Positions 10,601 to 19,163 of a stretch of DNA of 64,000 nt are shown piece by piece. The position numbers were made by a program, and so were the translations under genes. How positions within the stretch are numbered: position 1 is the first letter of the stretch; each line of letters starts with the position of its first letter. Origin of the DNA: an uncultured Bacteroidales bacterium (GTDB lineage: Bacteria; Bacteroidota; Bacteroidia; Bacteroidales; UBA10428); contig CAZHQW010000008.1 of NCBI GenBank assembly GCA_964534745.1, positions 5,156 to 69,155 on the forward strand. Direction: 5' to 3'. Below the pieces are notes generated by a model. It saw only the letters and a list, made by a program, of their open reading frames with translations. It searched no databases and had not been told where the DNA came from.

Positions 10601-11113
10601 CAGATCGATACTATCATAAGGAGCTTTTCCGCTGGGGGCTATCATTGAATAGGCAGGAGTTGAATTAAGAGGTACATTCTGTTGCCAGAAAACCAAATCG
10701 TGAATTTCAAAATTGATGCCCGGAAAGTTATACCCTGTTACACTAACCTGAAATGAAGTGAACGCCGTACCGTCTCCATCATTTGCTTCAATACTAACTG
10801 TAGCACTACCTTTTTTCCCTTTTTCAGTTACATAAATCACGGCAACCCTGTTTCCGGCAGTAAATTCTGTACTTACTATTTCTAAAACCGTTTCATCAGA
10901 AGATGTAACGGTAAAATTAATTTCCTGGTTTATGCCTTCGTCATTATCATTTACTTCAGGAATCAGAAGAAAATCATAACCTGAATTTACATATAGCGTA
11001 TCGTCATCAGGTGTTCCTATTGTTGGTGGATTTTGGCTGTAACCCGTCATAAAAAGGAAAGTGAAAACAGCCATTAAATTTATTTTAAATCTGAAGGTAT
11101 TTTTTTTCACCAT
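7610..11113 (-). CDS. T9SS-secreted multidomain protein: PA14-like, 2x FN3, clan GH-A (GH51-like) TIM-barrel-like module, Big_2-like, Por CTD
   Basis: 1167 aa with a signal peptide. Modules seen, in order:
- PA14-like: FFRGYLLPPVTGTYRFYTRSGDHANLGISAD
- FN3-like: LLIRWKESTDDQKLESYCIYVNG and ANLSWSGAVDNETEIRGYNVYLND
- GH51/clan-A-like: AAIRWGAITANS..LAEFMGIANELDAYTVITCGV..FLEYIAGPSSTEYGAIRAAEGYPE..LIFEFGNEVWG
- T9SS CTD: WKVHPNPVNDGTLNLSY..GIYTISIIQDGNIESLKILIE. Confidence 0.7.
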   Translation of the reverse strand: MVKKNTFRFKINLMAVFTFLFMTGYSQNPPTIGTPDDDTLYVNSGYDFLLIPEVNDNDEGINQEINFTVTSSDETVLEIVSTEFTAGNRVAVIYVTEKGKKGSATVSIEANDGDGTAFTSFQVSVTGYNFPGINFEIHDLVFWQQNVPLNSTPAYSMIAPSGKAPYDSIDLASLNLSVYSDCIDSPPCTGTDFFTSFFRGYLLPPVTGTYRFYTRSGDHANLGISADVNFENAVEIINTSDGIGTPTGEGENEHVSEEILLQAGSVYAIYCTKWNIHNLTGGMLWEGPGIAKDYIDGQYMAYVFDNTKPTKPSEFSLVTTGLEDLLIRWKESTDDQKLESYCIYVNGLKVNEANILDTSYLVTNLLSNSRYSVAVSAIDRAGNESALSDLISTTTYDVDNTPPLPPTTITAPLIADIAANLSWSGAVDNETEIRGYNVYLNDELYNKENLIYNETLSVYNLLPSTVYNVEIEAVDAGNNVSVKSEVFVFNTAIFDPSDTRFGDNKARMNIEFRNIGTSAGIGINLEYSHGEFNNDVNQIDRLKELKPAAIRWGAITANSLNFSDYIGAGNSNNITLAEFMGIANELDAYTVITCGVENSTDWMTQPETFTNFLEYIAGPSSTEYGAIRAAEGYPESLLENSRGLIFEFGNEVWGAGAHDAQIGSNYVTYREWTREMALLLKNSPHYNNDKISLVYSGRNPHPNESYGLNRTVLEGDNGEVEWLALSGYLGGNFSPEVETGNSELGYFKNGIARLHHEVEGLVLTMEDMVELTGQLKPSFFYEANMTTNTFFGRLGQAIIQTDYYAEAIEHGGALPTIFHFTGGQWKIIVPAQDYKKLTLYEAAKLFNHHCVGNILKTNVETEGVITDADGNTIDFEPVGCHAYTKNGKFGLLLISRDFTRDYTLQVNLPDDFQFTGAAKKYIISGEHYSSTETTIDSSDVIISDGMIVVVPKYSMVVISFNGYNLQFETLPLGYFDYTRVTNISIRPKEDDGFDISTLRGSKKFVAEYEPVDAFIKIANWEVINNDVDVKFTINGNEIKISSTGKCEGNGTITLKVSSKDNMEINDEVSINISNQGSDCNATGLAGQINSGWKVHPNPVNDGTLNLSYTHGQPDALVTVTDMTGKKVFQEEMQTNIKAIETVGWSEGIYTISIIQDGNIESLKILIE

Positions 11114-11134
11114 GAACGGTTCATCTGTTTAAAA

Positions 11135-11794
11135 TTATTCACATGAAACTGCTGTAACAATTACAGGATAATCTTTAACGCTGCCATCATAAGCAGTAAT
11201 AGTATACGATACAGGTTTTGTAAAATCATTGCGAGTTACCCGGCTCACCTGTGGTACAGTGTCTACTGTCACGCTCGAGTACTTTGAACTTAAGGAAAAT
11301 CTTGCTCTTACATCTGTCAGATCCTCCGTATCACAAATAGTTATAAAAATTGAATCATTTATAATTTCACCGTCAGCTTTTGGTTTAAAGAAAGAAAACG
11401 ACTCAAATGATTTTATACTGTCTGAAACTGTTATATCAAGGTGTGTTATATCCTGATTAAAATCCTGGCCAAAATCTCCCGTACTTGAAGCAACACATGT
11501 TACAGTATACGAAGCAGGCACACGATAAATGTAGGAGAACGTTTTTCCTTTTTCTGTTGATATTCCGGTGTTGGAATGATCTACCTGTTCAGACCAAACG
11601 TGGGTTTCATCACCCGGCCAGATGACAAACTTTTGTCCTTCTCCGGATATGGTAATTTCCACGGAGGTTTGAATATATAAAGCATCTATATTATTAATAT
11701 CAAAAGCTGCATTTACCGGACTGATTTCATCTTCTTTTTGACAGCCCAAAAGCAAAACCGTTAAAAGAACGCTGAATATTAATTTTATTTTCAT
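11135..11794 (-). CDS. surface lipoprotein in the SusE/F position (two small beta-sandwich modules); putative glycan-binding protein
   Basis: 219 aa with a lipobox (LLLGCQKEDE). It sits directly downstream of SusD and 21 nt upstream of the next gene. The second module ends ..FTKPVSYTITAYDGSVKDYPVIVTA, a pattern typical of PUL-encoded surface-protein domains. Confidence 0.55.
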   Translation of the reverse strand: MKIKLIFSVLLTVLLLGCQKEDEISPVNAAFDINNIDALYIQTSVEITISGEGQKFVIWPGDETHVWSEQVDHSNTGISTEKGKTFSYIYRVPASYTVTCVASSTGDFGQDFNQDITHLDITVSDSIKSFESFSFFKPKADGEIINDSIFITICDTEDLTDVRARFSLSSKYSSVTVDTVPQVSRVTRNDFTKPVSYTITAYDGSVKDYPVIVTAVSCE

Positions 11795-11819
11795 TTCTCA
11801 AATTTTTTAATTATTTCCG

Positions 11820-13442
11820 TTAATTCCAATTTGGATTTTGTACCAAATTTCCTCCACTTATATCTATTTCATATTGAGGTATTGGAAAATATTCATGTTT
11901 TCCAGCTACAAAAAACTGGTTATGATCACTTACTTTCACCCAATTAACCGTTGGAGAGCTCCATCGAATCAGGTCTCTCATCCTATGTATTTCTAAACCA
12001 AGTTCAACTCTTCGTTCATGAATAAGCGCATCTTTGAGATCTGAAATACTGGAATTACTGCTAATAAGATCCTCGACCCACGGAATGGTTACCGGAGCAC
12101 CTACCCTTTGTCGCACTCTATTTATATACTGTGCAGCTGCAGGTTCGTCTCCAAGATTGATCAGAGCCTCTGCTTTCATAAGTAATACATCGGCATATCT
12201 TATAAGTGGGAAATTAATAGGAGCAGCATTAGCCAGATACCAAATTGGATAAATGGTTTTTTTCATTATCCATTGTGAATAGCTGCCTGAAGTAGCATAA
12301 TCAAAAGGGACCATGTAGAATTGTGTTTCAGGCCGGTAATCCATTATATCTCCATTGGAAAAAACGGAGGCGTTTTTGCGGGGATCGCCTGCCTCAAATT
12401 CATTCACAAAGCCTTCTGAAGGACACAAGTTACGATACGCTCCCCAGTTAGTAGCTCCAAAATATAAATTTCTGAATGAGCCGGCGTTTCCCCAACCCAA
12501 CCACATGCCACCATCTGGAAATGCTATATAATCGTTGTATTGTACTTCAAACACTGATTCTTTACTGTTTTCCCCTCCAATGGCCGGTCTTCCATCCTCT
12601 AAATTCTCTCCGGCAAAAGGATTTTCAAGAAAAACCGATAAATAGGCATCGTGAAAACCTGCACTATCCTGATATTGCGGATCATCGTATTGAACAAGTC
12701 CATAGCCTCCAATTCCATCACCTCCCAAATCCGGTTCAATAATTCTATCAAACATATCCGAAGCTTCCTGCCACATTTCCTGGTATAAGTAGGATTTTGC
12801 CAATAATGCAATAGCTGCCCCTTTTGAAGCTCTGCCAATATTTGAAGGGTCATAGGTTTCAGGCAATAAATCAATGGCCCCCGTTACCTCTCCGGTTCCC
12901 AATAAGTCTGTTTCTATCTGATTCCAAATTTCCGTAGTGGTATTTTTACTCTGTTGAGTTTGTTCCTCCAACGTTAAAACTTCCGTTATTAATGGAGCCT
13001 CTCCCCATAAAGTAACTAGATGCCAGTTGTAAAAAGCCCTCAGAAATTTGGCTTCACCAAGAATCCTGTTTTTCAACTCTTCATCCATTTCAATTGCAGG
13101 AACTTTTTCCAGTACCGCGTTGGATCTCATGATACCCATATAGAGAATCATATACATATCAGCAATAGTACCGTCATCAGTATTGTATGTAAGTTCCTTA
13201 AACCTGGAATTCTCGGGTATACAGTCGTCTCCGGCTCCCTCAAGTAAAAGTGCGTACCATACCCCATAAAATTCCATCCAGGTCATCACATCGTAAGCAG
13301 AAGCTATTGCTGCTAATGCATGGTCCTGATTTTTGTAATAGTTACCATCGGACAAGTTATTTGCAGGTGTTATATCCAAAAAATCTTCGGTGCAGGCAGC
13401 AAATACAAATATTATGGATAAAATGATCGTTATTTTTTTCAT
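11820..13442 (-). CDS. SusD/RagB-family nutrient-binding outer-membrane lipoprotein
   Basis: The track start at 13538 is a TTG that overlaps susC. The real start is the ATG at 13442 (MKKITIILSIIFVFAACTEDF, lipobox), 16 nt after the SusC stop. SusD motifs are present: FLRAFYNWHLVTLWGEAPLI, PLIRYADVLLMKAEALINLG, ERRVELGLEIHRMRDLIRW. Confidence 0.9.
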   Translation of the reverse strand: MKKITIILSIIFVFAACTEDFLDITPANNLSDGNYYKNQDHALAAIASAYDVMTWMEFYGVWYALLLEGAGDDCIPENSRFKELTYNTDDGTIADMYMILYMGIMRSNAVLEKVPAIEMDEELKNRILGEAKFLRAFYNWHLVTLWGEAPLITEVLTLEEQTQQSKNTTTEIWNQIETDLLGTGEVTGAIDLLPETYDPSNIGRASKGAAIALLAKSYLYQEMWQEASDMFDRIIEPDLGGDGIGGYGLVQYDDPQYQDSAGFHDAYLSVFLENPFAGENLEDGRPAIGGENSKESVFEVQYNDYIAFPDGGMWLGWGNAGSFRNLYFGATNWGAYRNLCPSEGFVNEFEAGDPRKNASVFSNGDIMDYRPETQFYMVPFDYATSGSYSQWIMKKTIYPIWYLANAAPINFPLIRYADVLLMKAEALINLGDEPAAAQYINRVRQRVGAPVTIPWVEDLISSNSSISDLKDALIHERRVELGLEIHRMRDLIRWSSPTVNWVKVSDHNQFFVAGKHEYFPIPQYEIDISGGNLVQNPNWN

Positions 13443-13458
13443 CAGTAAAAATTTTATT

Positions 13459-16400
13459 TTAAAAATCAAAATTAACACCAAGTGTAATAATCCCCGGGGG
13501 AGGATACGAATCCAGAAAGGCTGTTGGACCCTCATCAACAGCTAGACCTTCAGGATCTAAGCCTGAATATTTTGTGAAAGTCAACACATTTTGAAAGCTT
13601 GCATAAATTCTAAACCTGTCGATATTTATTTTTGAAGACAAGGATTCAGGAAGTGAATAACCAATCTGCAAATTTCTTAACCTTAAAAACCCTGCATTCT
13701 CGATAAATCTGGTTGAAAATCTTGCGTTGTTATTTGGATCCGTTTCGATCAACCTGGGAATATTAGTGCCTGTATTTCCTTCCCTCCAATAATTCAATAC
13801 TTCAGGAGATTTATTTACATCTATTTCATTTCCTAAGTTGCTGGGTATAGTCAATATTCTTCTTGGTTTATTATACCGTTGAACATCGGCTACACCTTGA
13901 AAAAATGCAGAAAAATCGAATTGCCGGTAAGACAGATCCAGATTGAAGCCATAAATCAGACCGGGAATAGATTTTCCAATGTAGGTACGGTCGTTAGCCG
14001 TAATAACATGATCACCATCCAGGTCTTTGAATTTAATATCGCCAGGCGCTGTATTGGCATTTTGACGTGCATGATTTGCTATTTCTTCTTCTGTTTGAAA
14101 GATGCCTTCTTCAATATAACCATAAAACGATGATAGGGGTAGTCCTTCGACTGTGCGCATGACAATTATATTATTCTGGTCAGCATGTTCAATATCAGAA
14201 CCGGCAAGTTGTACGGTCTCATTTCTAATCGTGGTCAGATTTCCGGAAAGAGTATATTGTAATTGACTAATACTACCCTTGTACGAAATATTTAGTTCAA
14301 TCCCTTTGTTATCAATACGCCCAATGTTTAGTATCGGTTCTGCAAAGCCTTGCAATAAACCAGAATGATAAGAAAGAGGTACCGGCAACAACATATCTTT
14401 TGTTTTCTTAATATAGTAATCGGCACTAAGTGTTAACCGGTTCTTCCATAAGCCCATATCTAATCCTAAATTTGTTTGTTCTATAGTTTCCCATTTAACA
14501 TCAGGATTGGCAGAATCAAAGAAAGGAGTACCTCCAAAATGTGTAACCTGATCAGTGCCAAAAACATAAAAGGTCCGATTTGTATTAATCCCGCTAAAAT
14601 AAGGATAGTACTTACGTATGCCATCTTGATTACCGGTTTGGCCCCAGCCAAATCTTAGTTTTAAATCGTTAATAAGTGGGACTCCGTCAAAGAATTTTTC
14701 TCTTGAAATTTTCCAGCCTAAGGAGAAGGAAGGGAAAGTACCAAATTTATTATTTACTCCGAAGCGAGAGGAGCCGTCTCTTCGTATACTTGCCGTCAAT
14801 AAATATTTACTGTCGTATGAATAAATTACCCTTCCAAAAAAAGAAAGTAGCTTTTCTTCCCATATATCGCCATCCATGGTAATGTTTTCAGTAGCACCAG
14901 AGGGCACAGTAATTTCCGGATTTGGAAATGATGTTCCTGAGGAAGTTAAGCCCTGAGTATGAAAACTTTCGGCAGCATGCCCTGCCATCAAAGTAATTTC
15001 GTGCTTATCAAACGTATTCTGATAGGTTAGCAAATTTTCCAGTATCCATCTTGTTGTAAATCTTCTGGACTCATTTAGCGTTGCCAGCGCATTTCCGCGG
15101 ATACCCATATTTCCATCTGCTCCTAAATCGTATTGAGGCGTAAAACTTCTGCTGTTTGTCGTTACATAATCACCGCTACCACTCAATTTATATTTTAGTC
15201 CTTTTACAATTTCCAGTTCACCATAAATATTTACTAAAATTCTGGATTGTATATCTGATTTTTCCCTTAAATTAACTTCAGCTAAAGTATTTGTTACTTC
15301 GTTTCTGCCTGTTGTTGTGAAATACGGGCCTGCGTAACCACCTAAGTTCAGACTGTCGTAGATAGGCATAAAAGGAGCATTTCTGGAGGCATTTTGAAGA
15401 CTTGCGTTGTCTCCTTTAGTGGTTACATATGATACGCTTAATGATTCACCTAACTTGATAATTTTATTTATTTTATGATCGGAATTCACCCTTAGATTGA
15501 TCCGCTCTAAATTTAAATTAACCACCGCACCTGCTTCCGAGCGGTATCCCATTGAAACACTATAATTGCTGTATTCGCTTGCTCCTGATATTAATAAATA
15601 GTAATTATCCGTCTGGGCCGTACGTGTTATAAGGTCTTGCCAGTCGTTATCGATGGATGAATCTATTGTATCGGTATAAAATGACGATACTGGGATATTT
15701 GTTCCTGCAATATAAGCCGGGTTACCCGATAAGGTTCCGTTATCCAGCAAATCGGAATAAAACGAGACGAATTGCTGAGAATTCATTACATCCTGTAATT
15801 TCTGGATTTTTGAAAAGCTTTTATAATAGGAGAAATTTACCTTGGGGTCTCCTTTTTTGCCGCGTTTCGTAGTTATAAGAATAACTCCATTTGCCCCTCT
15901 TGAACCATATATTGCTGTTGCTGAAGCATCTTTTAGTACTTCGATTGATTCGATGTCGGCCGGATTAATACTGTTTAACGAAGCTGTATATTTCGCATTA
16001 TCACTATACTCAGCAGTTTGAGTACTTACAGGAATACCATCAATTACATAAAGAGGATCAGAGCGATTTATTGAAGAAATACCTCTGATACGCACTCTGG
16101 CTTCATCCCCAGGTTGTCCGCTACTACTTGTAATCCATACTCCGGATGCTCTTCCCTGCAGTGCCTGGCTGACATTTGTTGCAGCGATCTTTTCAAGCTC
16201 TTCAGATGAAACGGAAGAAATAGAACCCGTTAAATCACTTTTCTTTTGCGTTCCATAACCAATCACGACAACCTCATCCAGACTTCCAATATCAGGAACC
16301 ATGCCAATAATAATGACCGTTTGATCATTCACCTGTACTTCTTCTGAATTGAATCCAATGTAACTAATGACTAAAATGGATTCATTCGATGGAACTGTAA

Positions 16401-16605
16401 TGGAGAAATTTCCGTCAACATCCGTAATTGTTCCTTTACTTGTGCCTTTTATAGTGATATTTACACCTGGCAAAGGTTCATCCACCGAACTGTCAGTGAT
16501 GGTTCCCGATATTTCCCTTTCCTGGGCAAAACTAACTGAAGCAACAAATATTGAATACAACAGAAGTAAATACTTTTTCCATTTAGTACATGATCTTCTC
16601 CTCAT
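13459..16605 (-). CDS. SusC/RagA-family TonB-dependent outer-membrane transporter
   Basis: 1048 aa. It has a carboxypeptidase-regulatory-like domain (ISGTITDSSVDEPLPGVNITIKGTSKGTITDVDGNFSI) and TonB box/plug motifs (DEVVVIGYGTQKKSDLTGS, VRIRGISSINRSDPLYVIDGIP). The barrel ends in a terminal Phe (LGVNFDF). Confidence 0.92.
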   Translation of the reverse strand: MRRRSCTKWKKYLLLLYSIFVASVSFAQEREISGTITDSSVDEPLPGVNITIKGTSKGTITDVDGNFSITVPSNESILVISYIGFNSEEVQVNDQTVIIIGMVPDIGSLDEVVVIGYGTQKKSDLTGSISSVSSEELEKIAATNVSQALQGRASGVWITSSSGQPGDEARVRIRGISSINRSDPLYVIDGIPVSTQTAEYSDNAKYTASLNSINPADIESIEVLKDASATAIYGSRGANGVILITTKRGKKGDPKVNFSYYKSFSKIQKLQDVMNSQQFVSFYSDLLDNGTLSGNPAYIAGTNIPVSSFYTDTIDSSIDNDWQDLITRTAQTDNYYLLISGASEYSNYSVSMGYRSEAGAVVNLNLERINLRVNSDHKINKIIKLGESLSVSYVTTKGDNASLQNASRNAPFMPIYDSLNLGGYAGPYFTTTGRNEVTNTLAEVNLREKSDIQSRILVNIYGELEIVKGLKYKLSGSGDYVTTNSRSFTPQYDLGADGNMGIRGNALATLNESRRFTTRWILENLLTYQNTFDKHEITLMAGHAAESFHTQGLTSSGTSFPNPEITVPSGATENITMDGDIWEEKLLSFFGRVIYSYDSKYLLTASIRRDGSSRFGVNNKFGTFPSFSLGWKISREKFFDGVPLINDLKLRFGWGQTGNQDGIRKYYPYFSGINTNRTFYVFGTDQVTHFGGTPFFDSANPDVKWETIEQTNLGLDMGLWKNRLTLSADYYIKKTKDMLLPVPLSYHSGLLQGFAEPILNIGRIDNKGIELNISYKGSISQLQYTLSGNLTTIRNETVQLAGSDIEHADQNNIIVMRTVEGLPLSSFYGYIEEGIFQTEEEIANHARQNANTAPGDIKFKDLDGDHVITANDRTYIGKSIPGLIYGFNLDLSYRQFDFSAFFQGVADVQRYNKPRRILTIPSNLGNEIDVNKSPEVLNYWREGNTGTNIPRLIETDPNNNARFSTRFIENAGFLRLRNLQIGYSLPESLSSKINIDRFRIYASFQNVLTFTKYSGLDPEGLAVDEGPTAFLDSYPPPGIITLGVNFDF

Positions 16606-16692
16606 AATATATGCATTTAATTAATTTTTAATCAACAAAGAAGTTGCGAAATAGTCCGCAACTTCTTTAATTAAATTGTGACGGTGCTTCTA

Positions 16693-18972
16693 TTATTCTT
16701 TAATAAATTTTACTGCGCTTGTATTACCATCCTTCTCTATAAGTTTAAGAATATAAGCTCCGGCACTGAGTTCACTTACATTAAGAACAGTTTCCTGAGC
16801 AAATTCACCTTTTATGGTTATCAATTTTTGTCCGGTTAATGAATAAATCTCAACAAGGTGAATATTTTCAGTATTCAATAGGGTGATCTGTCCATTTGCA
16901 GGATTTGGATATGCGGTGAACTTAGTAGCGTACTTTTCAATCTTCTCAATGCCTGTTACATCACCTGCCAGCACAGCTGTTCCAAAGCCACTCGGATCAT
17001 GCCAGTTCTCATTGGCCTCTGCATTCCACAGAAGGATATGTTCTCTGTGTGTTCCATCGCCATCATTGTCAAAGTTTCCATCATCCTCATCAACCTGGAT
17101 ATCCATACCTATTACGCGTCCAATCTCAGGAGTAAGGCCGGTAGGTGAAAAGAGTTCTTCGATGTCAAATTCTATCTCCATCCAGTATCCACCAGCTGCA
17201 AGTCCCTGTTCCCATCCATAGACATGTCCGGTTGCTCCTCCTCCAATAAAAACTTCCGCATTAGTTTCATTATACCCGAACAAGATTTGATAATCATCGG
17301 TTCCATATCCTGTAGACACATCGTTCTTCTTATTGGTCATATCCAGAAATACTTCAACGGCATCATCAGTATAAGTATTGGTTGAGTTGTTGATAAGTAT
17401 ATCATCGGTTATTTCTGCCAGGATATACAAAGAATATTCGTTCCATGCAGTTTTAAATGTGCCGGATATGTCTGAGGGTCCGTCATATGTGGCACCTAAA
17501 TCATCAAGGTCTATCACCATATTGGTCATTTCGGTTGCCGGATACTCGGCCCATATATCATCTATCTGTCCGTCTTCTACATCAAGAAAGGTAGGATCGT
17601 CGACGGTGCCAGGTAATTTAAAGATGCGCAAAGCATCAGGAGGAATCACTAATAGCTCTATAGTATATTCCTTTTTAGTTCCATTTTCAGCAGTTACTTC
17701 AACTACAAAATCATTGGTTAGCACAGCTGCAGCTGCTGCTACGCTGCCACCCGAAGATGAAAGAACTTTTGCAGTAGCTTTATCAGATAAAGTGAGCCCT
17801 GCCAACAGAGTACCTGCTGTCGTACCTCCAGGTACATTTTTAAGTGCGTTACCACTAATAACGCCTATTGATGTGGAGAGAATATCCTTATCATTGCTTG
17901 CGGTTTGAATTTCAGCAATAGAACCTACTCTGAAATCATCAATCCAGACATTTCCAAAATTTCCTGCAGTACCCGGCATAATATTTACCAGGAATAGCTG
18001 AATTTGCGTTGAGTCAAGTGGTACATAATCATCTGGAGGTGTATTCCATTCCCCATGCCAGAACTTACCCTGCCAATTGAAGTAATATGTATGGAAACCA
18101 GCAGATGCCGAAATCTCATATGAAATATCTGATTTCCCATATAGACTATCAACATCCCATAAATAGATTCTAAAAATAATATTCTGGTCAGTCTTGATTT
18201 TCATGCTTGCCAGTGGATTATTGCTCATATCAAGAGGTTCCGGAAATTCAACAACAAATCCATCCCATATGTCTACTTTATTTACGGCTACTTTAAGTGA
18301 ATTTCCATCAATTGAAAAAACATGGCTGCCATTTTCGTCCGGTTTATAAATATCCGTATTAACCTCATCGTAGTTGTAGTAATCGGCAAAATAAGTACCT
18401 GCTGCAGGAGCAGCTGCTTCTCCCACCTTAAAATCATCGAACCAAACTATACCAGTATAAAATTTTTGCCAACCAGGATTGAAATTCATCAGAATGGTAA
18501 CTACCGTAGTAGCATCCATTGTTTCATCCAGAACACTGGAAAAATCAAATATCAAATCAACCCATTCTTCATTCCCGACAATATCATAAACAATCGCTGT
18601 TTCATTGATATTCCCGTCCGTCTCCGTCCATAAATTAAATTGCAGGGGCACATCAGCATTTGCTTTAACCCTGACACTTACGTATGGATTTGCAGAAATA
18701 TCCAGAACTGAAGGGGATTCCATAGTATAACGTATTGCGCCAAATCCCTCATTGTTATCGGCATTCTTATCCACGTCAATTTTCAAGACTTTACCAGCGG
18801 CATCATCTACGTTAGTTAAAGTATAAATACTATCCTCGTGTTCGGGTTGCCATCTTTCACTGACCAATCCATCTTCAAAGTCTTCTGAGATGGTAGTGAT
18901 AACTTGACCTTCCAGTAATAATCCTGGTATCAGAAGGAAGCTAGTTAATAAAACAGTAAATAGTTTTTTCAT
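16693..18972 (-). CDS. T9SS-secreted carbohydrate-binding protein (two jelly-roll CBM-like modules + CBM9/DOMON-like module + Por CTD)
   Basis: The start is the ATG at 18972 (the track start 18981 is TTG), with signal peptide MKKLFTVLLTSFLLIPGLLL. The repeated modules end VWFDDFKVG and VWIDDFRVG. A CBM9-like segment follows (YTDDAVEVFLDM..DDYQILFGYNE), then a CTD (FTAYPNPANGQITLL..AGAYILKLIEKDGNTSAVKFIKE). Confidence 0.7.
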   Translation of the reverse strand: MKKLFTVLLTSFLLIPGLLLEGQVITTISEDFEDGLVSERWQPEHEDSIYTLTNVDDAAGKVLKIDVDKNADNNEGFGAIRYTMESPSVLDISANPYVSVRVKANADVPLQFNLWTETDGNINETAIVYDIVGNEEWVDLIFDFSSVLDETMDATTVVTILMNFNPGWQKFYTGIVWFDDFKVGEAAAPAAGTYFADYYNYDEVNTDIYKPDENGSHVFSIDGNSLKVAVNKVDIWDGFVVEFPEPLDMSNNPLASMKIKTDQNIIFRIYLWDVDSLYGKSDISYEISASAGFHTYYFNWQGKFWHGEWNTPPDDYVPLDSTQIQLFLVNIMPGTAGNFGNVWIDDFRVGSIAEIQTASNDKDILSTSIGVISGNALKNVPGGTTAGTLLAGLTLSDKATAKVLSSSGGSVAAAAAVLTNDFVVEVTAENGTKKEYTIELLVIPPDALRIFKLPGTVDDPTFLDVEDGQIDDIWAEYPATEMTNMVIDLDDLGATYDGPSDISGTFKTAWNEYSLYILAEITDDILINNSTNTYTDDAVEVFLDMTNKKNDVSTGYGTDDYQILFGYNETNAEVFIGGGATGHVYGWEQGLAAGGYWMEIEFDIEELFSPTGLTPEIGRVIGMDIQVDEDDGNFDNDGDGTHREHILLWNAEANENWHDPSGFGTAVLAGDVTGIEKIEKYATKFTAYPNPANGQITLLNTENIHLVEIYSLTGQKLITIKGEFAQETVLNVSELSAGAYILKLIEKDGNTSAVKFIKE

Positions 18973-19163
18973 AGTTAGCAAGATTTATATTAGTAATTGA
19001 AATTATCTTTTACAATTCTATATCTTTTCAAAAATACTTTCAAGACTTCTTTCAGGAGGTGACTATATTCCAAAATGAGTTTGTTATATTGTAATAATCA
19101 TCATCCTGGCAATAAGGGAATTTACATAAATTGTTTTTACTGGCTTTCCATGATTCTGCGGTA

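Noticed and set aside
13443-13538. N-terminal extensions given by the ORF track: SusD from 13538, 18981, 22028, 25749, 40761 and 60552.
   Set aside because: Each extended start is a TTG or GTG codon that overlaps or abuts the upstream gene. In every case an internal ATG is immediately followed by a proper signal or lipoprotein peptide. I re-set the starts to 13442, 18972, 22007, 25722, 40749 and 60498.
17378-17908. Long antisense ORFs inside large genes: 17378-17908 (176 aa), 60896-61441 (181 aa), 51483-51956 (157 aa), 53052-53516 (154 aa), 37499-37909 (136 aa) and 25237-25614 (125 aa).
   Set aside because: They lie entirely within, and opposite to, genes with strong family signatures. Their translations are Ser/Pro/Ile-rich and low in complexity, have no motifs, and show the typical mirror-frame pattern of shadow ORFs.
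19029-19036. Matches to the Bacteroidetes -7 promoter box TAnnTTTG: TATTTTTG on the minus strand at 19029-19036, upstream of the T9SS-CBM/susC operon, and on the plus strand at 54911-54918, upstream of the purF-like gene.
   Set aside because: I could not find a properly spaced -33 TTTG partner for either one. An 8-mer with two free positions is expected many times by chance in AT-rich intergenic DNA, so they are not reported as features.
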